Part shown: positions 29,426 to 38,706 of the stretch, piece after piece
How positions within the stretch are numbered: the first letter of the stretch is position 1
Layout: every line of letters begins with the position of its first letter
Assembly: GCA_029239365.1 (NCBI GenBank)
Contig: JAQZBA010000001.1
Location: 1-38,706 of the forward strand
Length of the DNA: 38,706 nt
Direction: 5' to 3'
Source: Herbinix sp.
GTDB taxonomy: Bacteria > Bacillota > Clostridia > Lachnospirales > Lachnospiraceae
Notes under the pieces: generated by a model
What the model was told of the DNA's origin: nothing
What the model saw: the letters and a program-made list of their open reading frames with translations, nothing else
Databases searched by the model: none
Made by a program: the position numbers and the translations under genes

Positions 29426-29721
29426 GTAATTTTCCCTTCGATTAATACTTTTCATTTACTTTAATGAACATTCACTCCGATCGGATACTTTCAAGCATGC
29501 TTGCTATATGCTCACTACGTTTTTCATTATAACATGAACATAAGACCTTGCATACCTTTTCATCAATATCTATAAATCCAGCTTATAACTAACGAATCAT
29601 AGCTTATGTCAAAATCTTGCCTATAAATGAGAATAGAATGGCAACTTTTGTGATGATAAATTAGGATAAATACAGTATACTAATGATTTAAACTCAATAA
29701 AAATAATATGGAGAATATAAC

Positions 29722-30705
29722 ATGAATCAGCAATTAAAACCCAATCAGCCTTTAGTTACACATATTTATACTGCAGATCCATCCGTACATGTCTTCGAGG
29801 ATAAACTTTATATCTATCCATCTCATGATTTAGATCATAACGGCCCTGATAATGATAACGGGGACCAGTATAAAATGGAGGATTATCACATCTTATCAAT
29901 AGATGATTTAAACTCAACTTGCATCGACCATGGAGAAGCACTTCATAGGAAGAATGTTCCCTGGGTAAGCAAACAGATGTGGGCACCAGATGCAGCTTAT
30001 AAGAATGGCAACTACTATCTCTTTTTCCCAGCAAGGGACAAAGACGGAATCTTCCGCATCGGTGTTGCTATTAGCAAAGATCCCGCCGGTCCCTTTACAC
30101 CGGAACCAAACTATATCCCCGGAAGTTACAGTATTGATCCTGCTGTGTTTACTGACAATGACGGTAAAACCTATATTTATTTTGGCGGTCTCTGGGGTGG
30201 TCAGTTGGAAAAATGGCAGACCGGCACCTTTCTTCCTGACGCAGAAGGTCCTGCAATTACTGCACCGGCTCTTGGGCCAAGGGTTGCAGAGTTAAGTGAT
30301 GATCTTCTAACATTTAAAAATGATGCGCAGGAAATCGTAATCGTTGACGAAAATGGTATTCCGCTCACCGCCGGAGATGAGGACAGAAGATATTTCGAAG
30401 GTCCTTGGATGCATCATTATAATGGATATTATTATTTGTCCTATTCCACCGGTAGTACCCATTATCTTGTATATGCAACCAGTAAGGATCCAAAAGGACC
30501 CTTCACCTATCAGGGAAGGATCTTAGAACCAGTAATCGGATGGACAACGCATCATTCCATCGTTCAATTTAAAGGCAAATGGTATCTATTCTATCATGAT
30601 AGCTCTTTATCCGGTGGTGTTAATCACAAGCGTTGTGTAAAATATACTGAACTGAAATATAATGCAGATGGCACCATCCAGACCATCAATCCTAGTGAAC
30701 TTTAA
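29722..30705 (+). CDS. GH43 beta-xylosidase/alpha-L-arabinofuranosidase, cytoplasmic
   Basis: YTADPS, WAPD, SIDPAVF, YFEGPW and GWTTHHS motifs; no signal peptide. Confidence 0.92.
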   Translation: MNQQLKPNQPLVTHIYTADPSVHVFEDKLYIYPSHDLDHNGPDNDNGDQYKMEDYHILSIDDLNSTCIDHGEALHRKNVPWVSKQMWAPDAAYKNGNYYLFFPARDKDGIFRIGVAISKDPAGPFTPEPNYIPGSYSIDPAVFTDNDGKTYIYFGGLWGGQLEKWQTGTFLPDAEGPAITAPALGPRVAELSDDLLTFKNDAQEIVIVDENGIPLTAGDEDRRYFEGPWMHHYNGYYYLSYSTGSTHYLVYATSKDPKGPFTYQGRILEPVIGWTTHHSIVQFKGKWYLFYHDSSLSGGVNHKRCVKYTELKYNADGTIQTINPSEL

Positions 30706-30724
30706 TTATTATTAATTTTAAAAT

Positions 30725-30765
30725 ATGCCACAATCGAACCTTAGGTCTGATTGTGGCATTTCTTT
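30725..30765 (+). terminator. Intrinsic terminator after GH43
   Basis: ATGCCACAATC-GAACCTTAGGTCT-GATTGTGGCAT-TTCTTT. Confidence 0.8.
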
Positions 30766-30853
30766 ATCGTATGGATCTTACAGCAATATTTTCTACTGAC
30801 TTTACCTGATTAATTCAACGTCCTAATACCAAGTGTTTCTGCGATTTACTGAG

Positions 30854-31312
30854 CTATCTATCGCTTATCGCCATTTCATAATTCTTGATGTGCTCCTCGA
30901 CTGATATCTTACTACACAACTCCGCGATCAGGTCAAATGGGATATCCTTAGGATTTTTGAATCGAATACAACTTTTTCCCATATCAAGCTTGGCAGTTAC
31001 TCTTTTGGCATATTCCTTACGGAACCAATCTTCTATTTCATGGCTTCCATATAAGCCCATGTGATATAAGGCAATATAATTCTTTTGAGCTGCAAGTGAT
31101 AGGAAAGGGAGTGGTTCTCCCTTCTGAGCATGGTATCCATTTGGATAGAGCGATAATGGTACGACATATCCTATCATACCGTAGGATATTTGCTCGTCGA
31201 AGCCGTCAGGCAGATTTGTGAGAATTATTTCTCTTAACTTTGAAACAGCTTCCTTTTTATCCTCAGGTAATGCTTCTATATATTCCTCTGGGGTCTTAGA
31301 TTCACTATTCAT
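30854..31312 (-). CDS. DUF1801 (YdhG-like) domain protein
   Basis: EEYIEALPEDKKEAVSKLREII, SYGMIGY, AAQKNYIALY and DMGKSCIRFK. Confidence 0.85.
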   Translation of the reverse strand: MNSESKTPEEYIEALPEDKKEAVSKLREIILTNLPDGFDEQISYGMIGYVVPLSLYPNGYHAQKGEPLPFLSLAAQKNYIALYHMGLYGSHEIEDWFRKEYAKRVTAKLDMGKSCIRFKNPKDIPFDLIAELCSKISVEEHIKNYEMAISDR

Positions 31313-31387
31313 AATACACTCCTTTCTGATTATTCTTGTGTTATTTATCCATTATAGCATTATACTTACAGGAGGGTAATTTTATAT

Positions 31388-31423
31388 AAAAATGCACCCA
31401 TTCATATGAAAATGAGTGCATTT
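31388..31423 (-). terminator. Intrinsic terminator after the SRPBCC gene
   Basis: Minus strand AAATGCACTCATT-loop-AATGGGTGCATTTTT. Confidence 0.7.
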
Positions 31424-31443
31424 AACCTTACTTTTCCATAAAG

Positions 31444-31860
31444 TTATTTTTCAGCATATCGTTTAAAATTATCTAAAATAGACTGCCAGCCTGCCTCCTG
31501 CATCTCGATGCTATTTTCACTCTCAGCTTCAAAGGTTTCAACTACTTTTGTTTTCTCATCTTCACTGGTAAAAGTAATCTTAACTGTTCTTGTATCCCCT
31601 AAAGTGTAAGCTATCGTCTTATGTAGAAGCACTTCATCATAAACACCGGAAAAATCAAAACCGAAACTACCATCTTTGGCTTCCATTCTAGAGAGAAACG
31701 TACCTCCAACTTTTAAATCATTTTCTGCCGCAGTAGTGTGCCAGTCCTCTGAGGCATTGTTCCATAATTTAATGTGCTCCGGTTCAGTCCAATACCTCCA
31801 CACTTTCTCAATCGGTGCATCAACTGTTGCTTTTATAGTTATCTTTTGATTATTACCCAT
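31444..31860 (-). CDS. SRPBCC/AHSA1-family protein
   Basis: APIEKVWRYWTEPEHIKLW, DLKVGG...MEAKDGSFGFDF and QEAGWQSILDNF. Confidence 0.9.
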   Translation of the reverse strand: MGNNQKITIKATVDAPIEKVWRYWTEPEHIKLWNNASEDWHTTAAENDLKVGGTFLSRMEAKDGSFGFDFSGVYDEVLLHKTIAYTLGDTRTVKITFTSEDEKTKVVETFEAESENSIEMQEAGWQSILDNFKRYAEK

Positions 31861-31862
31861 AA

Positions 31863-32069
31863 TTAATTCTCCTCCTTTCTAAGAGATAGCCCCTCTTCTT
31901 CCAGGATTTTTGTTAGTATTCCTAATGCCTTAGGACCAAATCCGTGAAGAGCAAGTAATTCTTTCTCAGTAAATTGAGTTAACTGTTCGACTGTTTCAAT
32001 CCCTACATTGATCAATGCCCTATATGCAGGTTGACCTATCTTTATAGTTTCTATCAAGTGTTGCAGCAT
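31863..32069 (-). CDS. Small helix-hairpin-helix protein resembling the RNA polymerase alpha C-terminal domain
   Basis: Start reassigned to ATG 32069 (AAGGTG RBS). PAYRALINVGIETVEQLTQFTEKELLALHGFGPKAL parallels alpha-CTD RxxNCLKRAGINTVxELxxxTExELxKVRNLGxKSL. Confidence 0.75.
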   Translation of the reverse strand: MLQHLIETIKIGQPAYRALINVGIETVEQLTQFTEKELLALHGFGPKALGILTKILEEEGLSLRKEEN

Positions 32070-32122
32070 AATCACCTTCTAATATTAAATTTAAATTGAT
32101 TTGTGTATCGATATCTAATTTT

Positions 32123-32150
32123 ATTATACTATATAATTATATTTCGTCAA
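32123..32150 (-). promoter_or_regulatory. Candidate sigmaA promoter for the alphaCTD-like/SRPBCC pair
   Basis: TTGACG (32150-32145), 16 bp spacer, TATAAT (32128-32123). Confidence 0.55.
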
Positions 32151-32286
32151 TATTAAATATTATCTGATAATTACATCGACAATAGTAATATAGTCGAAAT
32201 ATTATCCAATCCAAACATCCATTTTTACTTGATTGGATTGCCGGTTATTACAATATGATATTGAATTTAACTCATTAGATATATCC

Positions 32287-32763
32287 TTATTTTATTGACA
32301 CATAGATATCAATTTCATTATCAACACTATCCGGTTTGTATCTTTCATCCCAAATTTCGAAATCAAATCCTGTCGGAATATTTCCGGTTTTCTGCATCCA
32401 GTTTTGATAAAGGAAGTCATAGGAACGCTGCATTTCAGATTCCATTCCCTGGTGAGTACACGTAACATAGTTTCCTTCCGGCACCTTATGAATTATCATA
32501 TCGACAGGTATATTGGCTGTATCTGTAACCTCATAACAGAGCATCTGGATATAGCGATCAACCCACGGATCAAAGTCTGGCTTCATCGGATAAATCTGCA
32601 AAAGTAATACATTAGGGTGTTTCTTATAAGAAAGCTCGTCCTTTTTTAATAACAACTTCTGATAAGTAGCTTTCCCGATACCGGAATTGAATTCTTCCAA
32701 GTTGGTTTCAATTTTATAACCTACGACAGTAAATCCAGATAATTTAACGTTTGTTGCTTTCAT
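32287..32763 (-). CDS. GyrI-like small-molecule-binding domain protein
   Basis: Start reassigned to ATG 32763 (AAGGAG RBS, ATGA overlap with the GNAT stop). VPEGNYVTCTHQG...YDFLYQNW...DFEIWDERY...IDIYVSIK. Confidence 0.85.
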   Translation of the reverse strand: MKATNVKLSGFTVVGYKIETNLEEFNSGIGKATYQKLLLKKDELSYKKHPNVLLLQIYPMKPDFDPWVDRYIQMLCYEVTDTANIPVDMIIHKVPEGNYVTCTHQGMESEMQRSYDFLYQNWMQKTGNIPTGFDFEIWDERYKPDSVDNEIDIYVSIK

Positions 32764-33344
32764 AAGCACTCTCCTTTCTTATACTGATCAATTCTTGCGG
32801 GAGGTTCCTTAACACTAATCCTCCATATCATATGATGCGATCCCTTTCCCCAGAAATCTCTCAAATAATACTTAGGATCACCAAATCTCTTACACCATAT
32901 TTTCTGTGCAATCTTATATCCACTGTCAAAGCATATTTCTTGGATTCCTTGATTATACAACTCCTTGAACAAAGAATCAAATAATAAAGAAGATACACCC
33001 TGCTTCTGATATTGGGGGTGTACAAACACAGTTCCTACTTCAAATAAATCCTTCATCTCATTATTAGTACACCGATTCAACAGTTCATTGGATAATCCAT
33101 ATTCGATTGATCCTATAATTTCATCATTATACTCTGCCAGAAGAAAGTAACGATCCCTTCCATTCGTTGAAAAATCCTGATTAATACATCTTCGTTTATC
33201 CAAAATTTCTTCCTCAAGAAGGTCGTTCATGGTTTGAAGTCCATTTGCATCAAATGTATCCTTCAACACAATTTCAAAGAACCCATGAATCAGATCTATT
33301 TCCTCTATTCTCGGCCTTCTAATCGCTATTTCATCCCTTTTCAT
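32760..33344 (-). CDS. GNAT-family N-acetyltransferase
   Basis: Acetyl-CoA binding motif VFVHPQYQKQGVSSLL and FDSGYKIAQKIW. Confidence 0.85.
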   Translation of the reverse strand: MKRDEIAIRRPRIEEIDLIHGFFEIVLKDTFDANGLQTMNDLLEEEILDKRRCINQDFSTNGRDRYFLLAEYNDEIIGSIEYGLSNELLNRCTNNEMKDLFEVGTVFVHPQYQKQGVSSLLFDSLFKELYNQGIQEICFDSGYKIAQKIWCKRFGDPKYYLRDFWGKGSHHMIWRISVKEPPARIDQYKKGECL

Positions 33345-33426
33345 AATAGAAAGGCTCCTTCCAGAAAGCTTTGTTCTACGTGATGATTATTATTCATGCT
33401 GAGAACATCCATTTAACCTTCATTAT

Positions 33427-33948
33427 TTAAAATTTATTGTAATGAAGCTTTTGATAAAGTAGTGTATCTTCTTCATACGGCTTTTTTTCTTCCGCAGGAT
33501 AGCCGATTGCAATGATACATTCCACACAATATTGCTCCGGAATCTCCAATACTTTTCTTATATATTCTTCGGCACTCTCCTGCTCCGTATGAAAACGTTC
33601 TCTCACTTGGATCCAACAAGAACCCAGATCTAGATCATGCGCCGTCAATTGTATAAAAGTTGATGCTATGGAAGCATCCTCAATCCATACATCACTCGCT
33701 TCCTTCTCTGCTATCACTACAATTGCGAAAGGAGCCTCTGCCAAAAAACGGGGACCGGGTTCTCTGCATAGCGAGAGCTTCTGAAGTAGAATTGTATCTG
33801 TGACGGCTATAAAATGCCAAGGTCTGATCGATCGTGATGATGGGGATTGCAACGCACTCTTAAGGATTAAAGCTATTTTCTCCTGTTCTATCTCCTTATT
33901 TTGATACTTTCTAATACTTCTTCTGGATTTTAAAAAATCAAATAACAT
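33427..33948 (-). CDS. Nitroreductase-family flavoprotein
   Basis: RRSIRKY, SPSSRSIRPWHF, DLGSCW and IAIGYP. Confidence 0.92.
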   Translation of the reverse strand: MLFDFLKSRRSIRKYQNKEIEQEKIALILKSALQSPSSRSIRPWHFIAVTDTILLQKLSLCREPGPRFLAEAPFAIVVIAEKEASDVWIEDASIASTFIQLTAHDLDLGSCWIQVRERFHTEQESAEEYIRKVLEIPEQYCVECIIAIGYPAEEKKPYEEDTLLYQKLHYNKF

Positions 33949-33973
33949 AAACTATCCCTCCTGTTTTTATTAC

Positions 33974-36610
<2,637 letters not shown>

Positions 36611-36686
36611 CTACTATGATTTTCTATTGATATTCCTCGGACTATAACTATTTACCTTAGTCTTATATAGCGTCTTATATCGTGCA

Positions 36687-38706
36687 TTATAATAACGGAC
36701 TAGCCTCTCCCTTACAGAACATATTAAACCTATGAAGAGCCCTTGTACACGCAATGTATAATAATTTCTTGTCGTCATCACTGTGATAATTAGAGGTATC
36801 TGAGTCACATAGTAAAACAGAATCAAACTCAAGTCCTTTTGACATATATACCGGAATAATGAATACACCCTGTAAATCTGCTGTACTCCCATTTTTTATT
36901 AATTGAACATCAACTCTATCCTTTAACAGCTCATACAAATACCTGGCATTTTTTTCTGTTTTACAGATTAATCCGATTGAACGATAACCTTTATCCATAC
37001 ATAATTTAATTTCTGAAACAATCATATCATTACAGGATAATTGGTCAGGAGCTGAATAGACTTTCGGTTCATCTCCTTGTCGATTAAAGCTCTTTATTTC
37101 GTAACTTTGCTCAAGGAACTTCGAACTATACTTCAATATTTCGTTTGTACAACGAAAGCTTTTATCCATTGTCGCAAGGGAAGATTTTTTCTTATTCAGA
37201 ATTTTCCTAATCTGTTCATAAAAAGATAAATCTTCTCTTTTTTCAAGGGTTTGGTTGATATCTCCCAAAATCGTAAACTTAGCATTTGCAAACAATAATT
37301 TAAATATTTCATAATGGAGGGGATAATAATCCTGCGCTTCATCGATAACAACTTGTTTTATATTTCTATATTCAGTGGCTCCATTGATTCTTAGATTTAA
37401 ATAGGCGAGGGCAATTGCATCCTCATAGTATAAAAGCTTGGTATTTAAATTCTCCTGTGTGTATTCTAAAATATCTTCGATACAATCGGGTAGATCAAAA
37501 TCTTTTGCTAAATTATTAAAGTAATCACTATCACTAAATAACTTTTGGTACAGAGACAAAACATTAAGCTCAGTGAACTTCAGTATTTCTTTCTTCTCAG
37601 ATTTCCTAATACGAATCTTTTTAGACTCATAGATTGATTCTACAATAAACTCCTCTAATTGCTTCAATTTCTCCCCGAAGGGAATTTCGTTTCTTCCTAC
37701 TAATCGCTCCTGAAGCACATCTTTGGTTACGATACACTGGGCATCATAATAGACATCCTTTAACTCTAGAATGCTTAACGGTATATCATTGATTAAGCGA
37801 TCTAATAGTTCCATAAACAGATGTGAGGTTTTGAATTCCATACTGCTTTTTATAATATCACGATACCCGGAGCTTGTAATTAACATCTCTAAAAATTGGT
37901 TTCTTGATTGGATATGCTTGCTTTGTAAGATTGTAGTAAGCATCTCTTCGAAAACCACTGAAATAACATTATCTTCTCCAAGTTCAGGGATTACACTAGA
38001 GATGTACTGCTCAAATAATGTGTTCGGAGAAATAATTATGATGTTATTCGCGGATAGCTTAGATGACAAACCCTGATACATAAGATAGGCAGCTCTATGA
38101 AGAGCGATGGAAGTCTTACCACTTCCTGCCACTCCTTGCACAATCATTAAATCATTCTCCATATCTCTTATCACTATATCTTGTTCCTTCTGTATGGTTT
38201 CCACAATCGTTTTCATTTTGGAGGAAGTGTTCTGGGATAACAGTTTCCTTAAAAATTCATCCACAATTTGAACATCCGAATCAAAAAAGTATTCCAATAC
38301 ACTGTTGTTTATTTCATACTGACGTTTTAAATTAACCTCTCCTGTTATCCTACCAACAGGTGCATCATAATAAACCTTTCCCGTTACAAAACGGTAAAAG
38401 ACACTTGCTATTGGTGACCTCCAGTCATATACCTCCATTTCGTACGAATTTTCTTTCTTTAAGGAAGTCCGTCCGATATAAATTTTTTCATCGGTATCCT
38501 CGTCATCAAATTTGAAATCAATTCGAGCAAAATAAGGCGATTTTATTAAATTCTCCAGTAGTACAATTCTGTGTTCCACCGCTTCGTAGTCTTCGATTTT
38601 ATCTGTTACGGGATTCACATATTGACTTAATTCAGCAAGCGCTTCGAAAGCATCGGAAGACCAAAGGCTTGAAATAGAATGTGATGTATTTTCACGCAAT
38701 TCTTTT
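36687..38706 (-). CDS. helD: HelD-family RNA polymerase-recycling ATPase (5' end outside the window)
   Basis: PYFARIDF, YIGR, DWRSPIASVFY, MKTIVETIQKEQD, QGVAGSGKTSIALHRAAYL, VIDEAQD, GDINQ, KGLEFD and LYIACTRALH. The frame stays open upstream of the TTG at 38699 to the window edge. Confidence 0.9.
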   Translation of the reverse strand, partial: KELRENTSHSISSLWSSDAFEALAELSQYVNPVTDKIEDYEAVEHRIVLLENLIKSPYFARIDFKFDDEDTDEKIYIGRTSLKKENSYEMEVYDWRSPIASVFYRFVTGKVYYDAPVGRITGEVNLKRQYEINNSVLEYFFDSDVQIVDEFLRKLLSQNTSSKMKTIVETIQKEQDIVIRDMENDLMIVQGVAGSGKTSIALHRAAYLMYQGLSSKLSANNIIIISPNTLFEQYISSVIPELGEDNVISVVFEEMLTTILQSKHIQSRNQFLEMLITSSGYRDIIKSSMEFKTSHLFMELLDRLINDIPLSILELKDVYYDAQCIVTKDVLQERLVGRNEIPFGEKLKQLEEFIVESIYESKKIRIRKSEKKEILKFTELNVLSLYQKLFSDSDYFNNLAKDFDLPDCIEDILEYTQENLNTKLLYYEDAIALAYLNLRINGATEYRNIKQVVIDEAQDYYPLHYEIFKLLFANAKFTILGDINQTLEKREDLSFYEQIRKILNKKKSSLATMDKSFRCTNEILKYSSKFLEQSYEIKSFNRQGDEPKVYSAPDQLSCNDMIVSEIKLCMDKGYRSIGLICKTEKNARYLYELLKDRVDVQLIKNGSTADLQGVFIIPVYMSKGLEFDSVLLCDSDTSNYHSDDDKKLLYIACTRALHRFNMFCKGEASPLL

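Noticed and set aside
32096-32130. Second convergent antisense promoter upstream of the alphaCTD-like gene
   Set aside because: Candidate -35 elements are poor or wrongly spaced; expected by chance in AT-rich DNA.
36614-36892. 92 aa ORF overlapping the helD 3' end as a possible rph leader peptide
   Set aside because: Alternate frame inside helD with no convincing RBS and no attenuator hairpins.
36687-38699. UvrD/PcrA DNA repair helicase with a start at 38699
   Set aside because: HelD-specific N-terminal motifs (PYFARIDF, DWRSP) are present, and the frame is open to the window edge, so the true start is outside.

Overview
AT-rich chromosomal window from what looks like a Clostridia/Lachnospiraceae-type Firmicute (inferred from gene content, GGAGG RBSs and sigmaA-type promoters). 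It holds about 35 CDSs, almost all on the minus strand. I saw no rRNA, tRNA, CRISPR array, transposase or integrase. Left to right: partial EFR1-type flavodoxin/ferredoxin, HAD hydrolase, UvsE with a DUF1722-like tail, a DUF6323-DUF6179 pair, a DUF5058/membrane-protein/M20 peptidase operon, a His-rich EamA transporter, ALDH, flavodoxin, YdeI-like protein, lytic transglycosylase, FprA, a degenerate GGDEF protein, cysteine hydrolase, a GntR-linked transporter/hydantoinase-A/HExxH cluster, a sugar ABC transporter, DbpA, YgjP-like protein, an orphan RsmH paralog, DUF1456, GH43, several small stress-type genes, and a helD-rph (rifamycin phosphotransferase)-nitroreductase-GNAT-GyrI run. The best leads are: (1) two face-to-face sigmaA promoters upstream of DUF6323-DUF6179, resembling the convergent-promoter rifampicin-sensing arrangement reported for Bacillus subtilis helD/pps; (2) the helD-rph run with three uncharacterised downstream genes; (3) the orphan hydantoinase-A cluster with a triple operator phased at exactly 20 bp. 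All family calls come from motif recognition by eye; no database searches were run.
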